DNA from: an uncultured Rivularia sp.
GTDB taxonomy: Bacteria > Cyanobacteriota > Cyanobacteriia > Cyanobacteriales > Nostocaceae
Length of the DNA stretch: 64,000 bases
Direction of reading: 5' to 3'
NCBI GenBank assembly: GCA_963665115.1
Contig: OY762007.1
Location: forward strand, 1,632,001-1,696,000
Each line of letters opens with the position of its first letter. Positions within the stretch are counted from its first letter, which is position 1. This document shows, piece by piece, positions 1-10,762 of the stretch. Position numbers and translations under genes: made by a program. Below the pieces are notes generated by a model. It saw only the letters and a list, made by a program, of their open reading frames with translations, did no database searches and was not told where the DNA came from.

Positions 1-403
1 CATCTTTAACGATGTTTATGGGTTTGGAACCGGAAAATATTACCCAAACCATATACGAAGCGGTAGTGAGAGAAGAAGATTTACCCGTGTATCCGAAACC
101 GATTCACGGTATGTCTTTTACTCCAGCTAACATTAATCTCAGTGCTGCCGAACTCGAACTAGTTGCAGCACTCATGCGCGAGATGCGACTGAAAAATGCA
201 CTTGCCCCCATACTCGATAATTACGATTACATTCTTATCCACTGTCCCACATCCCTGGGTATATTGAGCGTTGTTAGCTTAGTCGCAGCTACTCACATAT
301 TAGTCCCAATTTAGTGCCAGTTCAAATCATTTCAAGGAACCAATTTATTACTCAAAACTGTTGCTCGTTTGCGAAAAGGTGCAAATCGTTCTTTGGCGAT
401 CGC
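1..403 (+). pseudogene. parA: ParA/Soj family ATPase, partial and inactivated
   Basis: PANINLSAAELELV and YDYILI-CP-SLG motifs; in-frame TAG at 312-314 followed by CQFKSFQGTNLLLKTVARLRKGANRSLAIA, which breaks off at a HIP1 site (396-403). Confidence 0.85.
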
Positions 404-469
404 ATCTGAGTAAAATGTCACATAAGATACAATCACCATCACAGAAGATGTGACTGTTGTAATTCAACA

Positions 470-2167
470 TCAAGATGAACAACTATAGTGCGACACGCCA
501 CCAACGTCTCTTAACGCGCTAGGTCTTAGACGATAGTATTTATCTTCTACGTCTTGTGATTGCTCATCATATGGATAGCTCAGTACTTCTTGCAACTCTT
601 TAACTAACGTGTAGTCACCCTGCATAGCTTGTTGATAGGCAGGGATAATCAACCACTCTCGCCATGTGTATTTTGGATTAGTCTGTTTCATCGAAGTTGA
701 TAACGAGGCCAAGTTACCGTCGGGCAGGAGGCCGCGCCAGCTTTTTAGCCAAGATTGCCATTGTTCATCTTGTTGTGACGTTTTACCAATTAAGCTCTTT
801 TTCAAAGCTGAGACATCGCCTGGTATGTGGGATAACTCGCGGAAGAAAATGGTGTAATCCACATCCTCCTGTGTCATTAGCTGCATTAATTTCTTAAATA
901 GCTCTGGGTTAAATTCAGTTAAGCCAAGTTTGGTCGCCCACATTTTTTGGACTTGTTTTTGCATGGCTTCTGAAAAGCCACGACCTAATTGGTCGAACTG
1001 TTCTAAAGCTCCAGCATCTTCTTCCAGTAACGGTCTCACAGCTTTCCAAAACATATAATAATTCGCTTCTGCTGCTCCTGGCTGATTGAAGAATGAAAAC
1101 TTTTTGCCGCCGCCAGTCCAAGGTTGAAACCAAGGGTCAAAAATTTCACAAAACCCAAATGGTCCATAGTCGAGGGTAAAGCCACCAGCGGCGCAGTTGT
1201 CACTATTAAAATTACCCTGGCAATAACCAACACGTAGCCAATTGGCCACCAGTGAAGTAAGACGCTGGCGAAATAGCTTAGCCAACTCAACCAATTGATC
1301 TGCAAAACCAAGGTTTTGATTAATGTCGCTTTTGTATTCTCGCTCAATTAAATGCAACACAAGAGTGCTCAGTTCTTCTAATGCTTTTGGATGAGCATTG
1401 CTGCGAGCGCGGCGGGCAAATAACTCTAGCTGACCAACGCGCAAAAAGGATGGTGCAACGCGAGTTGAAATGGCCACAGGATTGTCCACCAAAATATCAG
1501 GGTCAAGGTCATGGGAGTCTTGAGAATACCAAGGCCGGGTAACGGTTTCAGAAAATGAAACATACAGTGTCAAAGAGCGCGATGTTGGAACACCTAAAGC
1601 CTGCATATATTCTTGTGCTAGAAACTCACGAACACTTGAACGTAGTACTGCGCGCCCGTCGGCACCACGGCAATAAGGCGTTGGACCACCACCTTTCAAT
1701 TGCATTTCCCAGCGCTGACCATTGATTATTCCTTCAAATATAGATATCGCCCGACCATCGCCATAACCATTACCCGTACCGAATGGACATTGTTGGGTAT
1801 ATTCGGTGCCATAAATTGACAGTGCATAACCCGTCGCCCAGCCAACCTGGCGCATAGGCTCATACGCAGCAGAGATATCACCAGAAAAACAGGAGCGAAA
1901 TTTTTCATTAAGCGCCAGCTCCGAGCTCAACCCAAGTTCCTTAAAAAAAGTACTGCTATGGGCTACATATTCTGGTTCTGCAAGCGGTGTGGGTGTCACA
2001 GGTACAAAATGACCAGAAAAAACCTGGCGGGCACGGTGATCATCACCATCGACCGTGGCATCAGGATCGGCATTTAAGGTGTCCATCAGAGAATAATCCG
2101 CCAATTGCACAAACTCATCGAAGGTTGTTACGTAGGGCTCAACAGATGGTTTAGATGGATATGACAT
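470..2167 (-). CDS. selO: SelO/YdiU family protein adenylyltransferase (ORF is open to 2233; ATG at 2167 is the likely start)
   Basis: [53 protein letters not shown] and C-terminal CSS motifs. Confidence 0.92.
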   Translation of the reverse strand: MSYPSKPSVEPYVTTFDEFVQLADYSLMDTLNADPDATVDGDDHRARQVFSGHFVPVTPTPLAEPEYVAHSSTFFKELGLSSELALNEKFRSCFSGDISAAYEPMRQVGWATGYALSIYGTEYTQQCPFGTGNGYGDGRAISIFEGIINGQRWEMQLKGGGPTPYCRGADGRAVLRSSVREFLAQEYMQALGVPTSRSLTLYVSFSETVTRPWYSQDSHDLDPDILVDNPVAISTRVAPSFLRVGQLELFARRARSNAHPKALEELSTLVLHLIEREYKSDINQNLGFADQLVELAKLFRQRLTSLVANWLRVGYCQGNFNSDNCAAGGFTLDYGPFGFCEIFDPWFQPWTGGGKKFSFFNQPGAAEANYYMFWKAVRPLLEEDAGALEQFDQLGRGFSEAMQKQVQKMWATKLGLTEFNPELFKKLMQLMTQEDVDYTIFFRELSHIPGDVSALKKSLIGKTSQQDEQWQSWLKSWRGLLPDGNLASLSTSMKQTNPKYTWREWLIIPAYQQAMQGDYTLVKELQEVLSYPYDEQSQDVEDKYYRLRPSALRDVGGVSHYSCSS

Positions 2168-2259
2168 TGTTAAGTGCGCCCGTATTTTCGGGAAAGATTC
2201 ATGTTTAATTGAAGACTTTCTAAAGACTAGCATAATGAACTACCCCGCCGTTAGACGGA

Positions 2260-2880
2260 TGGGATTTCTAACTTCCTCATCTGTCTTATTGGACTTACCG
2301 GATTTTGAACGCTTCGCCTGTTGCAGTTGCTTGAAAGACCCCGTGTTTTTACGAGTCTTATAAGTAGAGCTACGAACATTCACGTCTACGAGGGCTATTC
2401 CATCCCCCGGTTGCCTAGACAACGCTGTCTGATACATCACTAAGGCAGAGTCTTTATCACGCTCAATTTCGAACCCGCAAGAGTCACAGACATTCAGGAC
2501 GGTTCGAGAAATCCGCCCAATATTTATGAACTTTGCCGCAATTCGGACACCTTTGTGATGGCTTCAATTTCTTAGTATTTAATACCAGGAGTAAACCGCC
2601 TTTAGCCTCAATTTTGTAACTTATCATTTCCTAACCGTGCCGACATTCCGACATCTAAAACAGATTTGTTGAGTCCGGCTTTTTGTCTTTTACGTTTACT
2701 ACCTTTTTTGGCTTTACGAGTTATATTCTTGACTTTTAACTCTTCAGTAACTCCGATGTCATAGCGACTTGCAATATCTGAAGTTATCTGATGCTGCCAA
2801 TTTTTACGTTGATTACCTACTTTACGTTGGAGTTTAGATACTTGTTTATTTGCTTTTTTCCAACGTTTAGAAGGTATATA
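2260..2880 (-). pseudogene. tnpB: TnpB C-terminal remnant
   Basis: Minus strand reads SKRWKKANKQVSKLQRKVGNQRKNWQHQITSDIASRYDIGVTEELKVKNIT..KAGLNKSVLDVGM, then a degenerate Zn-ribbon (CPNCG, CDSCGF) and RDKDSA; frameshifted, N-terminus missing. Confidence 0.8.
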
Positions 2881-2919
2881 TTATACATCATAATGATGTA
2901 TCAATAAAACCAAAAAATA

Positions 2920-3093
2920 ATGAGTACTGATAAAAAAGTGATGATGACATTCAGGATTACCGAAGCGGAAAGATCAATAGTGCAGCAATACTGTGAACTG
3001 ACTGACCGTAATCAAACAGATGTGTTCAGGGAATTTGTTCGTGAACTCGCACAAAGATTGTCAAAAAAGGGGACATCGAATCCCCTTTTTTAA
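2920..3093 (+). CDS. Small ribbon-helix-helix/CopG-like protein (57 aa, not in ORF track)
   Basis: MSTDKKVMMTFRITEAERSIVQQYCELTDRNQTDVFREFVRELAQRLSKK; upstream palindrome atacatcataatgatgtat at 2883-2901. Confidence 0.7.
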   Translation: MSTDKKVMMTFRITEAERSIVQQYCELTDRNQTDVFREFVRELAQRLSKKGTSNPLF

Positions 3094-3454
3094 CCGCGCA
3101 CACCATCCCCACCGTTTAGACAGGTGGGGAAATGGAGCCGTTTTGTTAAATGTAGAGCTTTCCAGACTAATCGACTTGGAGCGTAGCCCGCGAAGAGGCA
3201 TATTGGCACGGTGGTTAGCGTATGGTGGAATTTTCCCATAGGGTTCAACTGTTAGCTTTTAATCTGGGTAGCTCTTCGTGGCGCGGATGCTCTTGTACCC
3301 GCTTATATTTTCGCGGAGAGTTGAAATCCAACGAGCGTTATGCAGGACTAAAGTCAAGCTAGTGTGGTAAAGGTAGGAAGGCGATTTTCATAGAGAATAC
3401 GGTAGCGGACTGGGTTGAGAATTCGTCCTCACTAGTACATGGACGGCGTTGTAA

Positions 3455-5742
3455 CCCACATTCCGCACTTCAGGATGTAGTACAATGAAATACGAAATTT
3501 ATCTCCGATATGAATAAATAAAAACACTCAGAATATTTAAGTAAATTGGTTCTTCAACACTTAGTATAAAACTCATTAAGTGAAGGCTTCATAGCGGTGA
3601 ATCAACTCGTTGGCGAGGGCGAATTGAACTACCGCTACGCTTGATTCGATTGCGTTGAGACGGGCTTACAATTAACTCATAAAAACCCTAAATAGTCATA
3701 GCCCGCCTTAACGCCGCTTCGCTATATGCCGCTTTCAGCGGCACGCTTCGCTAACGAATCATAGTTCAATTCTTAAATAAGAAAATGAGACAATAAAAAA
3801 AATTGTAGAGGTAAAAAAGTGTCTCCAACATCAAAAGCAGAAATAAAAAATATCGACCATCTTGGAATAGTAGCTGGATTAATTGATGAAATAGGAATAG
3901 TTGAAACAATTAATTCCAAGTTAAGAATAGACCCTCGCGAGAAGATTTCAGCAGGAATTTTAGTAAAAGCTATTTTAATAAATGGACTAGGATTTGTGTC
4001 AAGACGTGAAGCTCGCCGTGGGGATACTCCCCACGGCAGACTTCACCTTTATATTTATTTAACCAATTTTTTGATGATAAAGGAATAAAAATATTATTAG
4101 GAGAAGATGTAGAAAGTGATTATATTAATGACGATAAGATTGGACGAGTTATGGATAAATTATACAAGTATGGATTAAATAATCTTTTTATAGAAATTGT
4201 ATTATCAGTAATAAAAAAGTTTCAGATAGATATAAAATATTCACATTTAGATGCAACATCATTCCATTTGCATGGGAAATACAACAGTGAAGAGAGTAAG
4301 GATAAATCTTCAGAAATACTTAGAGAAAGACCAATAATAACTAAGGGCTATTCTCGTGACCACAGACCAGACTTAAAACAAGTAGTTTTAGACTTAGTAA
4401 CAAGTGGGGATGGTGATTTACCGTTACTAATGAGGACTGGAGATGGAAATGAAGCAGATAAAGCCGTATTTGGAAAAATATTAGTCGAGTTTAAAAAGCA
4501 AATAGTTTTTGATAGTATTATGGTATGTGATAGTGCATTATATAGTCAAGAAAATATCCAACTAATCCAACATATAAAATGGATAAGTAGAGTTCCAATG
4601 ACTATCAAAAAGGCTAAAGAATTAATTCAGTCTGTAGAGATAGAAGAAGTAGACTCAGAAGAAAGAAAAAAAGAGCAGACTTAAATTTAGATGGATATAG
4701 ATGGAAAGAGGAAATAGTTAATTATGGTGGAATTAAACAAGTTTGGCTAGTAGTAGAAAGTGAAAAAAGGAAAAATAGTGATTTGGAGAAGCTAGAGAAA
4801 AAACTAAAAAAAGAAAGAGAAAAAGTTGAAAAACTTTTAAAAGAGTTAAGAAAAGAAGATTTTGAAACCCCAGAACAAGCTCGCTATAAATTAAAAGGAA
4901 TCAACAAAAAACTGAAGCTATTCGGAATTAAAGAAATTAACATAATGAAAACTAATGCTTCATGTAATAAGACTGTTTACAAAATGGAAGGAGAAAGTTA
5001 TCAAAAAATAGAAGAGATAGATTTACAAAGAAAACAAGCAGGAAGATTTATTTTAGCGACTAATTTAGTTGACGATGATAAATTAAAACCAGAAGAAATT
5101 ATTATAAATTATAAAAATCAACAGTCTTGTGTTAGCGAAGCGTGCCTCGAAGAGGCATGAGAGGATTTAGATTTCTTAAAGACCCTTTATTTTTTGCTGA
5201 TAGTTTCTTTGTTGAAAATCCTGAAAGAATAGAGAGTATGTTGTTTTTAATGTCTTTATGCTTATTAGTTTATAATCTCGGTCAAAGGGAACTGAGAAAT
5301 AATTTAAAAAGAGCCAAAATCGGAATCAAGAATCAACTAAGGAAGTTAACAGATTCTCCTACATTAAGATGGGTTTTTCAATGTTTCCAAGGTATTCATA
5401 TTTTAACCTTAAATGGAATTAATCAAATTGTTAATTTAACTGAAGAACGTAATTTTATCTTGAATTATCTACCGTCATCTTGTCAAAAATACTATTTACT
5501 TACTTGCGGATAAACATTTTTCTGCATAGTGAATCAAAATTTATCAATCTCCGAAGGAACAGTTGTTGTTCCGAAGTTTTCTAATACTTAAATAACTTGC
5601 ATTTATGAGCCAAATATTTTATGTTTAATATTTTTCTTCCTTCATCACATTAATTCAGTATTAATTATTTAATTATTCTGATTTTTTGCTTTTATCTTCA
5701 CTGTATTTTATTCGTGTTTCAATTTGAAGTGCGGAATGTGGG
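3455..5742 (+). mobile_element. IS1634-family insertion sequence
   Basis: 18-bp perfect terminal inverted repeats cccacattccgcacttca (3455-3472) and tgaagtgcggaatgtggg (5725-5742) around the transposase; no target-site duplication visible. Confidence 0.88.
3819..5513 (+). pseudogene. IS1634 transposase split into four ORFs
   Basis: IKNIDHLGIVAG, HLDATSFHLHG, ITKGYSRDHRPDLKQ, VCDSALY, GRFILATN and RGFRFLKDP motifs; broken by small palindromic inserts and a frameshift. Confidence 0.9.
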
Positions 5743-5955
5743 TTTTAAATTTACTTCCAATTGTATTTTCTCTTCAACAGAAAGTGGAGGAATCAGATTT
5801 TTAAATTCAGAGTCAATTTGAAGTTCTACGTTGAATGAGGGTGGTATTGATGGTGTAACTCTTTCTTCGTTTTCTTCGACAGTCTTTGCTTGTAGATCCT
5901 GTTGTTCGTCACAAATTATTGAAGCTGAATTTATACTCATAATTATTCCGCTCAC
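5743..5955 (-). pseudogene. N-terminal fragment of a ParB-like/plasmid protein truncated by IS1634
   Basis: LQIDSEFKNLIPPLSVEEKIQLE resembles ParB-like N-termini; the ORF's last codons lie inside the IS right terminal repeat. Confidence 0.55.
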
Positions 5956-5995
5956 GAGTTCTATTTTTTTTAAGTGAAGATTGTTGTCGTAAATT

Positions 5996-7542
5996 TCATT
6001 CCATTAGAGACGCAATAGTTCCATAAGATTTGTCAAATAGAACAGTGGCTGTTCCAGTTTCTCTATGTCTTGCTTTAGCTACAATCAGTTCTAATATCTT
6101 TTGGTCAGACGTATTCGGGTTATAATAAGTACTTAGGCAAAATTAATTGTGTATTTGTCATTGCGAGTGGAACGAAGTGAAACGAAGCATTCACCGAAGG
6201 TGTGGATCATCGCAGCACTTTGCGATTACTATGTCCTATCGGACACGCTTCGCTAACGCTGTCGCTCGTAATGACACAAATAATTTTGCACACCCACTTA
6301 CTCGTCCCTATATGCGAGGATAATGTTATCGGCAACCATCTCTAATATCCCCGACTGGCTAAGGTCGCTCATTGTTGGACGTTTAACTGGTCTACTTTCG
6401 ACAGCCCGATTAATTTGGGAAAGCGCCAATATGGGAACATTTAAATCGCCTGCCATTTTATAAATTTCCCTTGCTCCGCCTAATTCATAACTGCGATTGG
6501 CACTAGAATCTTCAGCCATCATCTGTAGGTAATCAATTACAACTAACCCTATTTTTCCTTTCTTGGTCTTGATTTGACGACATTCGTGAGCAATATCTGA
6601 AACTTTAATCCCCCTACTGTCACTAATGTAGAGCGGTAAAGTTGATGCAATATTGACAATCTTGTTGATATTGCTTAATTCCCAATCAGCCAAGGTTTCA
6701 CTCAAAGCTCGGTGTCTGCGGATGCGGTCGCTCGGTATCGGAACAAGGTCACAATTTTTATAATCGGAAGCAATGCTAATTAAACTCCATAAACGATATT
6801 CCAACTGCTCCTTAGTCATTTCCAATGAAAAAAATATCACTGGAAGAGAATGATGCAATATCATCCTCAGTGCCAGGTTTAAAGAGATAGCACTTTTACC
6901 CATTGACGGTCTGCCTGCAACCAAAGTTAAAGTACCTGGTTCAAATCCCACTATCAACTTATCTAGTTGCTTAAATCCTGTTGAATAAATAGGATTGACA
7001 TTTTCTATTTCTTTGTAAGCAGTAAAGGCTATTGTGCTGTTGTGTTCGGTATTAGAGCAAGTCCTTTGATTAGAAATTTGGAAGATTTTTTGTTCGGAAC
7101 TATCTAGTATTTGTGGTAGTTCAATTTCTGTCTGGTAGCCGAGTTGAACGATTTCGTTACCCGCTTTTATCAATTGCCTCCTTCTATACTTTTCCATAAT
7201 TAAATCGGCAAGAAAATCAATATTTACAGCTGATACTGTCCGGTCTACAAGTGTTGCTAATTTATTCCTACCACCTATGTTTTTAAGTAAATCGTGGTCA
7301 TTAAGCCAACTGATAATAGTTAGTAAATCTGTTGGTTTACCTTGATTATCTAGTTGTAGCGCAGCATTATAAATATCCTGATGACCTTTGATATAAAAAG
7401 CTTCTGAGATTAAGTAAAAACTGACTCGGGCGATAGCTTGAGGGTCTAGAATTATTCCACCGAGAACAGCTTCTTCAGCTTCTATATTTGCAGGGGGCAT
7501 TTGATGAATCATGTATTTATCCTTTTGGGAATTATGGTTCAA
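5996..7542 (-). pseudogene. dnaB: Replicative DNA helicase DnaB interrupted by a MITE
   Basis: PPANIEAEEAVLGG, AGRPSMGKS, FSLEM, VIDYLQ and LSQINR motifs; the C-terminus YYNPNTSDQKILELIVAKARHRETGTATVLFDK resumes at 6127 and ends at TGA 5996-5998. Confidence 0.92.
6128..6298. mobile_element. 171-bp MITE with TA target duplication (IS630/Tc1-like ends)
   Basis: TA at 6126-6127 and 6299-6300; imperfect inverted ends (gcaaaattaattgtgt / acacaaataattttgc; tgtcattgcgag / ctcgtaatgaca); removing it restores the dnaB frame. Confidence 0.85.
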
Positions 7543-8360
7543 TTTTCACGATTGCCTGAAGAGCTATTATTTTGGTGGCAATCGTCCTCTTGCAACAATG
7601 ACTCTTTACAAGCAACAGTTGCTGTAACGGTTTGTTCTTCTAATTTGCACTTCCACTTTTTCACTTGCTCTCTTGCTTGTATTCGAGAAAGTTCTTCTTG
7701 ATGCCTGGAACTTTGAGAAGCTTTATAAAAACGGTATTGAACTTCCCAACGGTTTTCTCCAGCTTTAGTTTTACTTGCTAACCATGCTTCTAAATCAATC
7801 ACCTCCTGACTAAGATTTTTCGCTTTTTCTTGACAAAAATTCAAAAAACTCGCTCGGTCGAAGTCTGAGAGAGTTTTTATAAAGTCTGAATAAGTCTTAA
7901 TAGTCTGAGGGGTTCTCAAATCACCATCTGACATAGGTTCTGGCTGCTGTTCGTTTCCTATAGGAAACTGAGATTCACTATGCGAAACCTTGTTTCCTAT
8001 AGGAAACTCAGTATCTTTGTATTGATCAGTGGTTATTTTAATTCTGACCTTCGATATTTGCGCCTCAATCAAACCAATATGGTCTAATTTTTTAACTGCT
8101 TTTGATGCTGCTCCTTTGGAGATGTTTAGCTCTTTAGCCATTTCCGTAATACTATATTCTAAGTGGTGATTACCTTCGGTAGAGCTTCGCTTAACGCCAA
8201 AAGGGTCGAGCGAGCGCAAGTAGTACAGCACCTTGATTTCGGCTCCCGTTAAGTTTTTCACAGTTTCTACCCATTCATCGTGAGTTAGTCGATAAAAAAG
8301 AGGTGTTTTATGTTTATTTTCGATAGAGTTATCGTTTACGCAGCAATTTCTGTGGGTCAT
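7539..8360 (-). CDS. Winged-HTH putative replication initiator
   Basis: LTGAEIKVLYYLRSLDPFG and SITEMAKELNISKGAASKAVKKL HTH; internal palindromic repeats; overlaps the dnaB start. Confidence 0.65.
   Translation of the reverse strand: MTHRNCCVNDNSIENKHKTPLFYRLTHDEWVETVKNLTGAEIKVLYYLRSLDPFGVKRSSTEGNHHLEYSITEMAKELNISKGAASKAVKKLDHIGLIEAQISKVRIKITTDQYKDTEFPIGNKVSHSESQFPIGNEQQPEPMSDGDLRTPQTIKTYSDFIKTLSDFDRASFLNFCQEKAKNLSQEVIDLEAWLASKTKAGENRWEVQYRFYKASQSSRHQEELSRIQAREQVKKWKCKLEEQTVTATVACKESLLQEDDCHQNNSSSGNREN
7953..8007. repeat. Iteron-like palindromes inside the initiator gene
   Basis: Perfect palindrome GTTTCCTATAGGAAAC at 7953-7968 and 7992-8007, with a degenerate copy at 7972-7988. Confidence 0.6.
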
Positions 8361-8510
8361 AATTTAAAAATAAGAAACATTCAAGCCGATTATTGGTCTA
8401 TTAATTGGACGCTTCAAAATCACTACCTCACGCTCGGTTGTTGGTGCTATGATATCGGTACTCAAAGCCGCCTCACTTATGCGTGAGTGGTCTTCCTTGA
8501 AAAGCAAGCA

Positions 8511-8556
8511 TTGCCGAAATAGCAATTAAAAAAATATAATATTGCTATATTAGCAA
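8511..8556. promoter_or_regulatory. Two putative operator palindromes TTGC-N7-GCAA
   Basis: ttgccgaaatagcaa (8511-8525) and ttgctatattagcaa (8542-8556) lie between the divergent rep and HTH genes. Confidence 0.5.
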
Positions 8557-8579
8557 TTTATCAGTAAAGAAATGTTGCG

Positions 8580-8915
8580 ATGAGCCAGCACAGAGAAATC
8601 TTTAATCAATTATTGTTGGCTTTTGATTATTCAGCCAAACAAGTTAGCGCTTGGACTGGAGTTCATCAAAGTCGTCTCAGTCGGTTTCGCACGGGAAAAC
8701 TTGATTTAGAAGCAGGAGAATTTTTCAGCTTGCTTGCCTGTATGCCGAAAGAATTTCAAGATAGTTTTTGGTTAAAGATTCGTACAGAAGAAATGGATTG
8801 GCGCGTCAAAATACTATCTGCGAGTGATAACGACATTGAAGAAATCCTTAGAGGACTGGCAGATCGATGGGCAAGCGTTGTAGATAAGGCAAAAATAGCA
8901 ACAAAACTTCCTTGA
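8580..8915 (+). CDS. XRE-like HTH transcriptional regulator
   Basis: SAKQVSAWTGVHQSRLSRFRTGK HTH; divergent from the rep-dnaB operon. Confidence 0.7.
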   Translation: MSQHREIFNQLLLAFDYSAKQVSAWTGVHQSRLSRFRTGKLDLEAGEFFSLLACMPKEFQDSFWLKIRTEEMDWRVKILSASDNDIEEILRGLADRWASVVDKAKIATKLP

Positions 8916-9114
8916 TGGCTCTATAAATCTTAGTATCTGAGCAACAAAACTTAAGAAGGCATCCGCCGAAAGAACGAAACTTGAATCGATTAATGTCTTA
9001 TTCCCTTCCGAATTGAGCTACCAGGCAAGTAGCCAATGTTATTTTTGAACGAAGCAACTAAACGCATTTTCAGCTTACATAATCTTTGCACTAAGCGTAA
9101 GCCATGCTGTGTTA

Positions 9115-9306
9115 TTAGAATACGAAAGGTTGTTCCTGTGTCTTCAGAGATATTCTTTGTTGGTGGGGCTTTGTTTTACGTGAATTTAGTTTCGGCAGGA
9201 ATGTGCCTCTTAGCCATAAAGTATTTCCACGCTGGTCGATAGTTATGCCAATTTTGGAAGCTCGCAATCTACCATTTGCTTGAGCAAGACGATTACTAAT
9301 ATCCAT
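9115..9306 (-). pseudogene. Tyrosine integrase N-terminal (arm-binding) fragment
   Basis: RLAQANGRLRASKIGITIDQRGNTLWLRGTFLPK..KPHQQRISL is typical of cyanobacterial phage-type integrase N-termini; no catalytic domain follows. Confidence 0.7.
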
Positions 9307-9555
9307 AAAAATTTACCCCAAAGTTTTTAAGGGACTGTTTTTTATAGATGTCACCCAATTTCAAGCGGACACACACGCAATACCCAACTGAGCAGCTTTT
9401 CTCAGATTTTAAATGGTAGCTAAAACTTGGACTAAATTTGTGCCTAAAATTGTGGGTTGATTCTACCGGATTTGACCTAAAATGGAACAAACGAAGAATC
9501 CGCTCCTCTAAGCTAGAAGGCGCTTGAGAAACGGGAAACAACGGAATATTAACAA

Positions 9556-9600
9556 AGGCGACACCCGGATTTGAACCGGGGGATGGAGGTTTTGCAGACC
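9556..9600 (-). other. 3' half of tRNA-Cys(GCA), attachment-site core
   Basis: GGTCTGCAAAACCTCCATCCCCCGGTTCAAATCCGGGTGTCGCCT gives the anticodon loop, T-arm and acceptor 3' strand; no 5' half or D-arm. Confidence 0.85.
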
Positions 9601-9741
9601 GATTGGCCGCTCCCCCAAACCCTTGCTGTAAGCGGCTTGTAAATTTCATACTTCGGTTTTTGGACTAAATTTGGACTAAACAATATTATTGATTAATTTA
9701 GGATGAACAAATAATTCGTTCCCTATTTGAAAGAGTATTTA

Positions 9742-10098
9742 TTAGTATGAACCAAAATCAACATCATTTAATTCGGACTCTTCAATTTCTGAAATGCCTC
9801 CCTTTGGTGACGGGTGGGCGATTGGGAAACTCAATAACAAGCTTTAAATCTCCTCCCATTGCCGCAATATACTTTTGTAAAGTTGAAATCATCAAATCGG
9901 TACGCTGTTCCAAACGAGAAATATTCCCTTGGTCAACTTGTAAAAGTTCTGCCATTTGTTTGCGGAGTAAATTTTCTGGCTTGTCTCAATTGCTGTCGGG
10001 GTCATTTCTTCTGCGATCAGCTTTTGTGATTCTTCTTCGATTTTTTTCTGTCGTTCTGGTGACAACTCTTGTAATTTTTCTCTAAAAGTTTTTCCCAT
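9742..10098 (-). pseudogene. HigA-like XRE antitoxin, frameshifted; only the cognate toxin's C-terminus survives at about 10100-10190
   Basis: LQELSPERQKKIEEE..LRQARK, QGNISRLEQRTDLMISTLQKYIAAMGGDLKLVIEFPNRPPVT. Confidence 0.75.
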
Positions 10099-10492
10099 AG
10101 GTTCTTCTCAATTTTCATCTTTTTGATTTTTGAGTGGGGTTAAGTGTTCTTCAAATCTGTCATCAACCGTCTTAATAAGTTGCTCAAGAACGAGAATAGG
10201 TTATTTCAAGGTGCGATCGCCACTAAAAAACCTAGTCTTATTGAGAATTAACTAATGTAATTGAGAATTTGGCTCCGAGTTCACCGGCATCGCGTTGCTC
10301 CCATTAATTCATCAGCGCGAGTATCAACTTCAGAACCGCTGCTGCTTGAGTAGTTTGTCTTATAATATTTAATAATAATGTACTAACAGTGTACAAGTTG
10401 CTTTCGAGCCACCTTTACGGAGGTTGTTGCTCAACTGAACCTTTTTGAAGATAAACTACCTTTCACCATTAAACCGAGGATGCGAGAGTTAA

Positions 10493-10762
10493 ATGACCGA
10501 ACCGCAAGTTGGATTTTCAGGGCTAACTGAAGTGGTAGAATTTTTAGCGAATTTCCCTACTCCCGAAGCTATTATTGCTTCGCGTCCGTCGGAAACTCTT
10601 CAAAGTCAGATTAGTAATTTGCTAGAAAAAAATAGGACTGTTGCTTTAACACCTGAAGATGAGAAAATATGGCAAGATTATCAGTATTTAGAACATATTG
10701 TAAGAATGGCAAAAGCTAGAGCTTTCTTAAAGCTGAAGGAAACTCAAGCGTTGTGGGAGTAA
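10493..10762 (+). CDS. Hypothetical protein of the family usually paired with an HNH gene; a possible HNH start remnant follows
   Basis: EVVEFLANFPTPEAII..RPSETLQ..LLEKN..LEHIVRMAKARA. Confidence 0.65.
   Translation: MTEPQVGFSGLTEVVEFLANFPTPEAIIASRPSETLQSQISNLLEKNRTVALTPEDEKIWQDYQYLEHIVRMAKARAFLKLKETQALWE

Larger units (their letters stand above)
2236..3135 (-). mobile_element. Internally deleted IS200/IS605-family element
   Basis: Subterminal hairpins at about 2241-2265 (ccccgccgttagacggatggg) and 3103-3130 (catccccaccgtttagacaggtgggga) enclose a tnpB 3' remnant and a divergent RHH gene. Confidence 0.7.

Noticed and set aside
3140..3450. GC-richer segment with attC-like or ncRNA-like ends
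   Set aside because: No convincing paired boxes or recognisable RNA family; likely repeat debris between two IS ends
9296..9649. 117-aa minus-strand ORF, or a complete tRNA-Cys gene
   Set aside because: The ORF simply reads through the att region; the tRNA lacks its 5' half
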